Origin: Chiloscyllium plagiosum
Taxonomy: Eukaryota
Reading direction: 5' to 3'
DNA length: 22,507 nucleotides
NCBI RefSeq assembly: GCF_004010195.1
Contig: NC_057719.1
Coordinates: 59,041,106 to 59,063,612 of the forward strand
Shown here: positions 1 to 10,694 of the stretch, in pieces
How positions within the stretch are numbered: the first letter of the stretch is position 1
How the letters are laid out: each line of letters begins with the position of its first letter
Notes under the pieces: generated by a model
The model's database searches: none
Seen by the model: only the letters and a program-made list of their open reading frames with translations
Told to the model about the DNA's origin: nothing
Translations under genes and position numbers: made by a program

Positions 1-298
1 AAGTGTGGAAACAGGCCCTTCGGCCCAACAAGTCCACATCAACCCTCCAAAGAGCAAGCCACTCAGACCCATTCCCCTACATTTACTCCTTCAACTAACA
101 CTATAGGCAATTTAGCATGGCCAATTCATCTAACCTGCACGTTTTTGGACTGTGGGAGGAAACTGAAGCACCCGGAGGAAACCTATGCAGACACGGGGAG
201 AATGTGCAAACTGCACACAGTCGCCTGAGATGGGAATTGAGTCCGGGTCTCTGGCACTGTGAGGCAGCAGTGCTAAACACTGTGCCACCGTGTCACCC
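1..298 (-). mobile_element. HE1-type tRNA-derived V-SINE, 3' end cut by the window edge
   Basis: Reverse complement reads GGGTGACACGGTGGCACAGTGTTTAGCACTGCTGCCTCACAG (A box), a decayed B-box region, the V-SINE core GGTTTCCTCCGGGTGCTTCAGTTTCCTCCCACAGTCCAAA and a CR1-like tail GGGCCGAAGGGCCTGTTTCC. Aligns by eye with the copy at 7434-7725. Confidence 0.92.
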
Positions 299-378
299 CC
301 CCGAATTAAATCAATGACTTGTCATTTTGAAGCAGACGGCAACACAAATGGACTGTAGAATGAGATGAAAGACCTTAC

Positions 379-723
379 TGGTTTGACATGGATTGCTTTC
401 CTAGACGGGTCTACTTGTCTAATCTGACCCTCAGAATTTATGATGGTCTGAGAAACATTTTTACATTTACAACCCAAGGGAAAATGTTTCTGGTAATATC
501 ATTTGGCAAAATTTGGAAAAATATCCATGTTTGGATCAAAGGACCAGGTTGAACAGGTGAAAGAGAAATCTTTCCTCTCAGTGTACTCAGATTGTGGCAA
601 ATTAACGTTTCATCATTCCAATTACAGTTTAAGGACAGAACGGACATTGATTCGTGCAATCTCCAATTTGTCCCCAGCAACATGAATAAATAAACTTGCC
701 CTCCAGACTCTGGTCTTTAACGT
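379..723 (-). pseudogene. Candidate decayed exon, C-terminal half of a macrodomain (PARP14/15-like)
   Basis: Minus strand has acceptor ttttcttgtag|ACG (723) and donor CCA|gtaagg (379). Translation with one frameshift gives SLEGKFI-IHVAGDKLEIARINVRSVLKL*LE, resembling the macrodomain motif L.CK.IIHV.G...V.SVL..CE. Several stops. Confidence 0.5.
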
Positions 724-2386
724 CTACAAGAAAAATTGCAGCAGTGATTGAATACGCAATCTAAAAAAATGCCAAAATATTATGTTTCAATTTACAAAGA
801 GCAATTTTGTCAAAAAGGCAGCTTGCCATTGGAAAGAAAAAAAAATAAGCCAATTGTAATTGTCAGTTTGTCAACTCCTTTATTGGGCTTGTGCTCAAGT
901 AATTCCTCTAAATGCTTCATTTTTATAACTGTTTTAACTGAAGTTGTGTTCTTACAGCAGTTTAACTTACCTTGGTTGATGGATAATCAGCCATTTTGTG
1001 AATGCACACATCCAAGAAAATATGTGTACTCCAATAGGATATATTCTTAATGTTTACTGCATAAAGCATGTACTTAAAGTATTTACTTAAAGTCTGTGGA
1101 GACATTCACTATCTGCTTTACCAGTTGAAAGTGATTTGAAATAGGAATTTGTTTTCATCATAATCTGAAACTAAGTAATGAAGGTTGTATTATTGTGAGG
1201 TAATAAATGTTCGGTACCTTTATACTAAAAATTAGGAACTCTAAGATATTCAGTTGGATAACTGATAAAGATTATTGGGTACCATCTTTGTAAGGATACC
1301 ACTGAGATAAAGTGAGGGAAACTTCTCTCAAAACACCTGGATGGGTTGTGAAGTGGGTAGTGACTTTGTGTAATGGTGTAAAATGAGAAATAGCAAATCA
1401 GCACCTTGGTTTACATCTTTTCTGATTTTTATTTCCATTCTTCCTGGATTAGAATAACTAAGTATTCCCACCCATTGATGATAAAATATCTAGTTTGTTT
1501 CTCACCATTGTGTTTTAGTTGGTGAATTCATTACAGCATATAAAGGTAAAGAGAAAAACAGATCTGAGATTCCATAGTACCAGGCAGAGGATGCCATGCA
1601 CTGGTTCTTTGAAAACACAGTAGTCAAATTTCCATTAAGGCTGTTTAGATGGGCAAGCCTGCATCAATTTAACTAAATGTGAATGAGTATCAGAGAGCTG
1701 CTTACACTCTTGCTTTCGTGTAGGTATGGAATTGCAGCATAAGTTGAGATGATAGCTTTAATCTTCCTAATATTAATCTAGGGAAAAGGCAGAATGTACA
1801 GGACTGCCTGTTAGACAAGCAGCATAGAGAAATGAGCTGTGGAGGGGTTCCTAGTTGTGGGGACAAGGTAGAGCTATCTGCTGTCAAATGTGGGCTTTGC
1901 TTCTGGTATCGTAAAGCTAATGTTACCCCATACAAAATAGGCATAGATAGCAGGGTATTGAAAGATCCAACAGGTATTTATCACAATTAGCTGTTATGTA
2001 CAATTATTTATTTCATGGACACATAAGTGTTTGAGCTAGTATTAGGCTATTCACTTACAGTAGAGCAGCACACTTCTAATAGCATGTCATACTTCATGTG
2101 TTACGAATTAAGATGGTATCTGAGGTCCTTCAGGTCATGCTATGATACACTGATGATATTATCAACATGTCTTATAAAAGTACACAGATATACAGACTGT
2201 GAAACATAATACAACATGTCTTTTACAAAGATAAAAAATTATCCCAAACGTATGTATATGGTTATATATAGGTAGTGTTGTCAATGTGGTAATTAAACCA
2301 ACAGGTAAAACCGGTTTATAAGATTAACATTTCAAACTTCAATATAACATTTTGGAGGTTTTGACAACTCACAGTAATCTGATTAC

Positions 2387-3364
2387 CATAATCCCATCTG
2401 GAGAAATACCCAGTGTTCTCTGTTGCACTTGTTTGACAACTTGACTGTCTTGCCATTGTTTGCTGTCGCTCTTGACAATGATACAATCATCATCATAGGG
2501 TTCTCCTTTAGTATATCTACATGAATGGCATGTCATAGATAAACCTTAGTTGGCTTCTGTTCCTCCATACTTTAGTGTCACAGTCAGTAATAACTTCATA
2601 TGATGTGGGCTAGTATGAATCAGGATATTCAATATTTTGGAATTAGGACTAACTTGCTCAAGAAAATGACTCATAAAGATATACCAAGTTCATCCCTGTA
2701 TGGCCAAAATAAACAAATCATCTTAAGTACTTCTTCAACACTGTCAGTCTATCCTATGATAATGATCTTTTGGACTCTTATAGTTGGTGGTTGCTAATTG
2801 GAACAATTCACATTCCATACAGTGAATTCACTTTGCCTCTGGCCAAAGTGTAACTGATCAAACTTAAGAATATGTTTAACTTCGCAGTCTAAAGCATCAA
2901 CATGTACTCGGCCAAAGATTGTTTTCTGGCACTGCATCCATCTCCACTGGATCAGAATTGGATTTTTCATCCAAGTACTCTGAGGCATTGTATCCAGCTG
3001 CTTCAAGAATTTTTTTGCTCAATCCAATTACCACTTTTGTCTTGCTCTGTATCTCTGATTGCAGGTTCTGAGATGAGGCAGAGTCTTTGGTGAAAGGGTT
3101 CTTTGATTGATGGTTATCACAGTTCTCAGTAGCCTTTTGTTGATCACTTGGATGTAACAGTAAGAAATATAATGAATTGAAGTATGCTCAATGAATCTGA
3201 ATGAATATCTCCACCGCAGGAACTGCCTCTCTTAATACTTAAATTCCTTCACCACATAAAACCCTTTACAATGCATCTTTGAATTGGTGAGCTGGTGTAC
3301 TTCACAACAAATTGGCACCACCAGTTAATGCTGCTGGCTGCCCCATTACCCAAATACAGTGCAT
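2387..3364 (-). pseudogene. Candidate decayed ~1 kb exon with tandem macrodomain-like segments
   Basis: Acceptor ctgtacttttag|ATG (3364) and weak donor ATG|gtaatc (2387). One frame reads PAALTGGANLL*STPAHQFKDAL*RVLCGEGI*VLREAVPAVEIFIQIH*AYFNSL, later GLSKKILEAAG (2993-3025), and ends YTKGEPYDDDCIIVKSDS...QQRTLGISPDGIM. Many internal stops. Confidence 0.5.
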
Positions 3365-4149
3365 CTAAAAGTACAGAGAGATTTAATGAATATAAAACTT
3401 CACACAGTTACACAACAAAGTTGACAACCCTTCCTGATTGTGATTTGTAGATATTGGAGAAAATAATGACAAGGGATGAGGCTGACTATTAGTTCTGTTG
3501 TTCAGGAAACTTGCACTGAGTTTTTGCAATTTTAATACAAAAACCATGATCAGGCATTGTCAGTGACACTTCAGAATGAAATTTTCACCACAAAAGTATC
3601 TATCTAATTTAGTTTATGCATTTTGGGACATTCTGATTAAATACAAAGACAAGTCCATCTCTACCATTTATAAAGTGTATTAACTGCTATTAATTACTAT
3701 GCACACAATTGATTCTTACCTACCAAGCATTGAATAGAAGTACTTTCCATATATTAGGATTCCATTCTAGTCTGCAGATAATTAACTCCCACCTAAAGGA
3801 GACAGATGCAATTACATTAGTAAATGAAAAAATCTTTTGAATACATGTTAAAAATAAACAAGAACAACAACTTAATTAATCATTTTGTAGGAAGCCACAC
3901 TCTAATAAATTAGAATATTGAAACTCTTTATGCTAAGTGATGTGAGAAGTCTAAACAAGCAAGATATACGTCACATGTTCCGGTTATGGAAGAAGTTTCT
4001 TCTATCAGTGACATTCTACCCATTCTGCACCACTTCAACATTCTAGAACTTTGTTTATAAAGGAAGAAAAATATTCCATTTAAATAGAGCTTTATCATGT
4101 CCTTCTATTGAATATTTCACTAGCAGTGGATAACCGCTCTTCCATATTC

Positions 4150-4450
4150 AAGCACAGCAGCTACCTTGTGCACAGCAATGTCCCACAGACCTCATTTTAA
4201 TATGAAAATGAATCAGTCAAATTTCCAGCTGATTTGATCTTTTGTTTGCACCTGAATACTAGATTAGCCAGGCAATCTGCAGTTTAACAGTTAACTTCAC
4301 CTGAAGGATGACATCTCTGATAGTGCAGCACTTGCTCAAGACTTGCTGAAGTGTCAGTATACAATAGATTATGATCACAAACAGATCTTGAACCCACAAC
4401 CTTTTGATTCAATAGCAAGAGTTGTTATCAACTCCACTAGTCTGACACTT
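4150..4450 (-). mobile_element. Old Deu-domain SINE (SacSINE1-like), diverged
   Basis: Plus strand shows GCACAGCAATGTCCCACA, CAGTTTAAC...CACCTGAAGGATGACATCTCTGATAGTGCAGCAC...AGTGTCAG and CTTGAACCCACAACCTTTTGATTC (reverse-complement tRNA B box), in the order expected for a DeuSINE. Confidence 0.7.
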
Positions 4451-4749
4451 AATACAGCTGACACTGAGCTTACATCATGATACACTAAACAACATAAACT
4501 GCTCACATTTTTGTCACTGCATGATTGATTATTAAACTGAGTAAAACATTGAGATAGAAAATTAACTTTATGGATTGGATAGTGATATCTATTAGCTACC
4601 ACAACTAATTAATGGCCCTGTCAATTTATCTGAGTCTCTCTTGGAAATGAGTTTCCTTTCTTTATTGTTAAAACAGGATTATGATTCTAACCTTGCAGGA
4701 ATCAGTCACACTGTATTTTGACTCGTCATCTGCAGAGAGGTCAGCTTAC

Positions 4750-5108
4750 TTTTACAGTGCTGTCAATCTGCCAATAAATTCTTTAACAGACCTTGATACT
4801 GAATAATCCAAGATCTGCATTCTTAAGGAATAATGATGAACAATTTTTCTATCATTCTTAAAAGCCCAGAAATACATTCATCTAACTTTGCATCAGGAAT
4901 ATGCAGCATCCCTCACATGTTCACACAAGGTATCTGAATTAATCCATTTCATTCACATTGCAACTCTATGAACGTATTACTTAGTTTAGTTTTGTAATTA
5001 TTTAGCTCAGTGATTGCCAGAAAATAATTTGTGATTCTTGACATCCAATTGATTTCAACCAGACAGGTCCACTAGTCTCTTGAATCAATTTAGAATTCCT
5101 CTTCTTCC
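4750..5108 (-). pseudogene. Candidate decayed exon, N-terminal half of a macrodomain
   Basis: Acceptor ttcacag|GG (5108) and donor AAA|gtaagc (4750). Fragments across frames are QIIFWQSLS*IITKL (cf. I.LWxGDITKL), LCEHVRDAA (cf. LSxAIxxAAG) and RKIVHH (cf. KxIIH). Heavily decayed. Confidence 0.3.
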
Positions 5109-5234
5109 CTGTGAATACATTTCTCATTTCAATTCACTTAAAGTTTTGATTTATTCTTCATTCTTTATTTTGTGCTCACCATCAGTTGGATTATACCATA
5201 TGATCAGCTTTAGATGTTTCTATTTCCTGAGAGG

Positions 5235-5415
5235 GGTTGGTTAGCTGTATGGCTGGGTTACAATGAGAGTGACACCAACAGCTCAAGTTTGAATCCTGTA
5301 CTGGCTGAGGTTACTATGAAGGACTCTTCTTCTTTTCCCTACTCTTCACCTGCTGAGGTGTGGTGACCCTCAGGTTAAACCAGCACCAGTCATTTTCCTG
5401 CAATGAGAGAGTTGC
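5235..5415 (+). mobile_element. Old tRNA-derived SINE fragment (family not named)
   Basis: GTTGGTTAG A-box-like and GTTTGAATCC B-box-like motifs, followed by CTGGCTGAGGTTAC...GAGGTGTGGTGACCCTCAGGTTAAACCAGCACCAGTC, a body I recognise from shark repeats. Confidence 0.6.
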
Positions 5416-5767
5416 ATAATTACTTTACTTTTATTTCCTGTAAATTTGAGATATATGCATCAAAGTTATGTTTTATGTGTACTTGAAAGATGTCTTGCTG
5501 GGAGGCTTTTTATGAAATCCATACACAGGATTATAACTCCTGTTACCAGCTCTATGTTGCTTCAAATCAAAATCCAGCAATCAAATTCCAATTTCACTAT
5601 TTTGGTTAAGGTGTTAACTCTTTTATTTTATTCACAGCATGATCCTGCAAACAATAACATGATGAATGGTGAAAGTGGTTTCATTGTATTTGGTTGAAGA
5701 AAACCTAATGTCAGAGTTCTGTAGTTTTTGTTATTATCATAGAGAGCAGGACAACTCCACACATAAC

Positions 5768-6174
5768 CCTGTCACGGTAGGCGCTGCAAGACGTGTCAGG
5801 GTGTGGACATGGATACCACTATTACATGTGGGGACACCTCAGACCATGTACATGGCAGGTACTCATGTGACTCAGCCAACATTGTCTATCTTATACATTG
5901 CAGGCAAGGATGCCCTGAGCCATGGTACATTGGGGAAACCGAGCAAAGGCTACGGCAACGGGTGAATAGGCACTGCGCAACAATCAACAGACAAGAGGGT
6001 TCCCTCCCAGTTGGGGAACACTTCAGTGGTCCAGGACATTCGACCTCAGACCTTCGGGTCTACCTCCAAGGCAGATTTCAGGACAGGCAGCAGCAAAAGG
6101 TGGCCGAGCAGAGGCTGATAGCTAAGTTCGGTACCCATAGGGAGGGTCTCAACTGGGACCTTGGGTTCATGTAA
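5768..6174 (+). pseudogene. PLE GIY-YIG endonuclease domain remnant (no RT upstream)
   Basis: CDSANIVYLIHC...WYIGETEQRLRQRVNRH...VGEHF...EQRLIAKFGTHREGLN matches the PLE GIY-YIG pattern. Confidence 0.88.
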
Positions 6175-6198
6175 CACTACAGGTGATCACCATTGCAC

Positions 6199-6570
6199 TA
6201 TACACGCACACACAGGCACTCCTATACACACACATACACACAGACCCACGTAAACACAGACACGCACACAGATACTTACACACACCCCTACAAACACACA
6301 CTCCCACACTCACACATGCATCCTCTCACAGACTTAGACCACTCTACACTCACACACAGATATACACTTTGTCTCACAGACACTCACAACCCCCCACCCC
6401 AGACACACACACTCCTACAGACACACACACTCCCACACTCACACATGCACCCCCTCACAGACTTAGACACTCTACACTCACATATATACACTTCTCACAC
6501 TCAGAACCCCCCCACCCTGGACACACACACACATACACACACAAACCCACATGCACACATATACATATAC
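6199..6570 (+). repeat. Degenerate (CA)n-rich tract with an internal ~120-130 bp duplication
   Basis: ACACACACTCCCACACTCACACATGCA..C.CTCACAGACTTAGAC occurs at about 6294 and again at about 6423. Confidence 0.9.
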
Positions 6571-6943
6571 GTTTGTGGGGTCAATTTGTACTTGCAGAGT
6601 TACATTGTACTTTGCTCAAAAACTGCATGAATTCATGTAAGACTCTGTTGACTCACTTTTTAGATTAGAATCAGTCTAAACATTATGGCACAGACAGAGA
6701 ACACAGGGGGCTAGCACCTTCAACGTTATCTGACTAACACCAATTGTTACAGTTAATCTGAGAATGTAACTTTTAAAAAAAAAGTTTTGTGATTTACTGA
6801 TGAAGAAAGTGAAACTATCATGTATTCGAACAGATGAAAGACTCAACAAATAATCAAGGTATTTTTCAATGTATAATTTCAGTTACATCACACTGTAAAC
6901 TTTTGCTATAAATTCTGTGTCTTGCGATTGTGTCCTCCACAAC

Positions 6944-6978
6944 CACCTGATGAAGGAGCGTCGCTCCGAAAGCTAGTG
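6944..6978 (+). ncRNA. Minimal type I hammerhead ribozyme (PLE pLTR)
   Basis: CAC-CTGATGA-A-GGAGCG-T-CGCTCC-GAA-AGCT-A-GTG: intact core, GC-rich stem II, palindromic stem III (AGCT), stem I CAC/GTG. Predicted cleavage after CUA at 6975. Confidence 0.82.
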
Positions 6979-7262
6979 CTTCCAATTAAATCTGTTGGAC
7001 TATAACCTGGTGTTGTGTGATTTTTAACTTTGTACACCCCAGTCCAACACCGGCATCTCCAAATCATGACTACTTAAATAACAGTGACAATATTATTGGG
7101 AGCAAACTAAACATTGGTGAAATGTTTTTATTCTCTGTAACTTTAAGATACTTCGCCTTCAGAAAAAGCAGAGGCATAAGCTGGTTGCCACTGAAAAAAG
7201 ATATGGAGACTGCAATGCATAGCAACATCATGCTGCCTTTTCATTGAACGATTTCAGCATCT

Positions 7263-7384
7263 AGCCATGCTAAATTGTCCATAGTGTTCAGGGATGTTTC
7301 AGCTAGTCAGGGTAGAGTGATAGGGGAATAGATCTGGGTGGGATACTCCTTGGTGGGTTGGTGTGGACTGTAGGGATTCTATGA
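7263..7384 (+). mobile_element. 5'-truncated HE1-type SINE fragment
   Basis: GCCATGCTAAATTGTCCATAGTG...GATCTGGGTGGG...GGTGTGGACTGTAGGGATTCTATGA matches the 3' half of the neighbouring copy. Confidence 0.75.
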
Positions 7385-7433
7385 AATAAACATTGAGGCC
7401 TTTGTATCCTTGACCATTCACATTTACCTTCAT

Positions 7434-7725
7434 GGGTGGCACGGTAGCACAGTGGTTAGCACTGCTGCCTCACAGCCTGGAGACCCGGGTTCAATTCCTG
7501 CCTCAGGCGACTGACTGTGTGGAGTTTGCACATTCTCTGCGTGGGTCCCCTCCGGGTGCTCCGGTTTCCTCCCACAGTCCAAAAAATGTGCAGGTCAGGT
7601 GAATTGGCCATGCTAAATTGCCCACAGTATTAGGTGAAGGTAGGGGTATGGGTCTGGGTGGGTTGCACGTTGGTGTGGACTTGTTGGGCTGAAGGGCCTG
7701 TTTCCATACTGTAAGTAATCTAATC
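7434..7725 (+). mobile_element. Near full-length HE1-type V-SINE
   Basis: A box GGTAGCACAGTGG, B box GGTTCAATTCC, V-SINE core, CR1-like 3' end and TAATCTAATC tail. Confidence 0.93.
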
Positions 7726-7743
7726 ATTAACCATAGAGTTCAT

Positions 7744-7773
7744 TAGGCAGAGGGTTAATAGGCAGAGGGTTAA
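7744..7773. repeat. Perfect 15-bp tandem duplication
   Basis: TAGGCAGAGGGTTAA x2. Confidence 0.95.
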
Positions 7774-9139
7774 TATCATGAATAGATATCACCAGTTAAA
7801 GCTGGTCTGTATTTTTAGGCCTGGATTTCATCCTTACTATGAATGAAATTATTGTCAAGGTCAAGAGGAAATTGAGTATCTAGTGTGGAAGGAATATGGC
7901 TGCCTGAACCTGACCACGTGCCATCAGCTTCATGAATATGGGGGGGCATGGGATTACCACCAAATCATCTGGATAAAAGGGTTTGAACATCAGGAAGCCC
8001 GCATGTTTATTGATCCTCATGAAAAAGTGCAATATTTAAATGCAGAAAGACTTGTGTTTCACTTGCAATTCTATGTGCAAGTTTTCTGAGGGAGCATTGT
8101 AAATAAATATAGCAGCAATGTGAAATCTTGCTTATTTCACCGAAAAAAAACCCTCTAGGTCCAGATAGAAGAAATCCTCACCCTGTGTAAAGGTTCAGTC
8201 CATAGCTTCAGTGGGCTCGGCTGAATTTGGAATTGTCACAATCTGCCCAGAACATTCGCATTGCTCCATGGTTCAGTGAGAACTCAGAGCTCACTGTGTA
8301 ACCTCCACCAGAATATTCTGGAATTCAGAGAGAGATTTAATTTCAACTGACAGTCATGAGGACATCATGAATGACCAAGATGCCCTGGATAGTAGTCATT
8401 GTGAAGATGAGAGACTGTGAGCTCGATCTGAGGAACTGGATCCAAGACCAATAAAGGATCAACAGATTTCACACTGCAATTCTATTGTTCAGAAGTTGAT
8501 GAAAGTTCAGTGGAAGAAATAGAGAGACTGGATATTTAAGGGCTGGACAGGCGTTAAAGTATATGTGTACCCCTTCAGAAAGTTCTGGGACAGTATTGAC
8601 ATGATTGGTCCCTTTCTCAAGGCAGTGAGGAAAGTAGCGAGAGTGGAAATAACTGAGTCAGTTGGCCTTGAAGAGATACTCATCCCACACACTCCACCTC
8701 AGCAATTCACCTCTGTTTGAGAAGGTCCACTGGAGGCTTTTTCAACTCACCATCAATAAAGGTCCTTAAGTAATCAATTAACAGCCACCTAAATATAAGG
8801 TGACTGGAGGTGGAGAGGTGAAAGGAACAAGGAAAGAGGCATTATCTTGAGGTATGATGTTCATGTTCGGTATTTGAATCTGGGGGAAATATTATTATAA
8901 TTTTTTTTTTAACTGTAGCAGGTGAATTGGAACTATGAGAGTGCCATTTCATAGAAACAAACCCAGAAGGTGAAGTATTGAAGACTATGGAGTAATTGAG
9001 GTTGCCAAAAACAGTGATGAGGTTAACGAGAATGAGGATAGATTGTAGACTATGGTCACAGTCATATCAAACGTTTTTTGTGTCTTTGACCAGGAAGCCA
9101 TGCTCAATGGCTCGTCACATTTTTTCGTCACAGCTCCTT

Positions 9140-9425
9140 AGCCAAATCCTCCCACAATCGTTATCCTGGGCTTCATCATTGACCCAAACTGAATTGGATA
9201 AGCCTTATAAATACTGTGGATGTAGTAGCAGATTAAAAGCTGCAGATTCTGCAGCGTGAAAGTTACCTCCTAACTTTCAAAAGTCTTTTCACCATCCAGA
9301 AAGTACAAGTTAAGAGTGGAAACAGTGCTTTCCATTTTCCTGGATGGTTGCAGTTCCAACCACATTCATGTCATCTCGGAACAAGGAGTCTGTTTTTTTG
9401 GATTAGTCTTCACCAGAGCTCTCAA
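9140..9425 (+). mobile_element. Old CR1/L2-group LINE ORF2 fragment
   Basis: ATCCTGGGCTTCATCATTGACCCAAACTGAATTGG (LG..ID..L.W type motif, frameshifted), then AAAGTACAAGTTAAGAGT (K.QVRS) and TCCTGGATGG. Confidence 0.6.
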
Positions 9426-9448
9426 ACATTTCGCTTTTGAGGGGTTAC

Positions 9449-10038
9449 CTATGTGTTATAAAAAATCCACATATTCCCTCTAACATAAGTTTTCTTTTCT
9501 GTATAAAATTTGATTTTATCATTTAAATACATGCTTGTTTATCATTTTTCTTTAATTTAGTGTGAAGCTTATTTTTAGTGCTGAGCAACAATTCAGTCAA
9601 GGCATTGATGTATCTCAAACAAATACAAATGCCTTTCATGACCATGATTTGATATTTCATTTTCTTTGATGTCTTTGCTGAAAATCCATTTTGCACTGTA
9701 CCGTGTGTTACAGAAGAAGTGCTGTATTCATCAGAGCATTTACTGACCTTGGTTTGAAGAGAGCTGCCTGATGAAACATCAGTGAGCTTTTCTAATAGCT
9801 TTACTGGAACAGAGGGTGGCAGTTCGGCTGTAATATTCTCAGTAAGAAGATGTGCAGCCCTCGGGTGCTTAATAGCTTTTTTTTTAGAATTGGTGACAAA
9901 ACAAATGAACTTCTGGGTTTTTTTGAATGCTTAGTTTGGGAAGTCAAGTGGGTTTATTGTGATTCAGTTTCTGACTAAAGACCATTCGATAGAACAGTTC
10001 TTAGCAGACCTCACAAACATCAATATATTTGCATTTTT
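9449..10038 (-). pseudogene. Candidate decayed exon of unknown product
   Basis: Pyrimidine tract ends in CAT rather than CAG (10039-10041); donor ATAG|gtaacc (9449). Starts KCKYIDVCEVC*ELFYRMVF and contains a stop-free frame from 9930 down to a TAA at 9523 (135 codons). Confidence 0.35.
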
Positions 10039-10235
10039 ATGTTTAAAATAAAAAGTAGAGAAAATGCAAAATTGCTGTATGGGCTTGAGTCACCAAACAA
10101 GGCTTGCTACACTAATTCATGACCACATCATCAAGTTTGGGTGCTTAATATACAGAAACAATATGTCAAACTTGGACAGCATTATCACCCCGATCTAAGA
10201 CAGGGATACATGTCAAATCAGGATCATTTTCATAC

Positions 10236-10694
10236 CATCTAGGTCAAAAGTACCAAAATTAATGAACTGTCATCAGGTATGAAGTTCCCATTGACAATCT
10301 CATTAATTTGTTTCAAATTCAACCAACTAGAGATCTTATTGTTTGAACTCTTCTGTAAAGGTTTAGCAAATGGAGGAGAATTCCTATTTGCAAAGTGACT
10401 GCAAAGGAGATTCATCAATGAGGGTTTGATTGGATGTTAGTACTGAGTCTATAACTTGTTGCCATTCAGCTTTTAGCCCTATCACAAGGGGATAACTTGG
10501 AAAAATGGACAGTCTCACGACCAAGAGAACTGTGATTTCTCAATGTACAACTTTCAGGCTTCAATCCAAACTTTCCTTGTTTGTAATATTTCTGACTTCA
10601 TCTCCTCTCAGTGTTACTAATTATGTATTGCTCAGATAAAATGACTCCAAGGTAGTACTTCTTAGTACTTGTTTTGAAGCATTCTTGAAGATAT
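10236..10694 (-). pseudogene. Candidate decayed exon of unknown product (weak small-GTPase-like motif)
   Basis: Acceptor ccctag|ATA (10694) and donor ATG|gtatga (10236). Fragments YLQECFKTSTKKYYLGVIL, TRKVWIEA and PLVIGLKAEWQQVIDSVL (PLVIGLKAE at 10465-10491). Confidence 0.25.

Larger units (their letters stand above)
5747..7070 (+). mobile_element. 5'-truncated Penelope-like element (Neptune-type): Zn-finger linker, GIY-YIG endonuclease, CA-rich tract and pLTR with hammerhead
   Basis: PCHGRRCKTC linker precedes the 5803-6174 ORF. The 3' region contains a CTGATGA...GAAA ribozyme core and ends at CCAGTCCAACACCGGCATCTCCAAATCATG. Confidence 0.9.

Noticed and set aside
117..317. ORFs 117-317 and 7503-7727 with similar peptides
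   Set aside because: Antisense translations of two copies of the same SINE.
2164..2222. Two CAACATGTCTT copies resembling p53 half-sites
   Set aside because: They are imperfect and too far apart for a canonical response element.
4520..4830. Cluster of homeodomain-type motifs (TGATTGAT, TTTATGG, TAATTAAT, CTGTCAA, CCAATAAA) as an enhancer
   Set aside because: Such motifs are common by chance in AT-rich DNA, part of the region overlaps a candidate pseudo-exon, and no conservation data are available.
6183..6668. The longest ORFs in the track (His/Thr-rich, 161 and 145 aa)
   Set aside because: Translations of a CA-rich repeat that lacks stop codons by composition.
7434..7505. tRNA gene
   Set aside because: The A and B boxes are the head of a SINE and run directly into the V-SINE core.
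8230..8760. Possible decayed DNA-transposon coding relic
   Set aside because: Purine-rich and faintly coding-like, but no motif could be identified with confidence.
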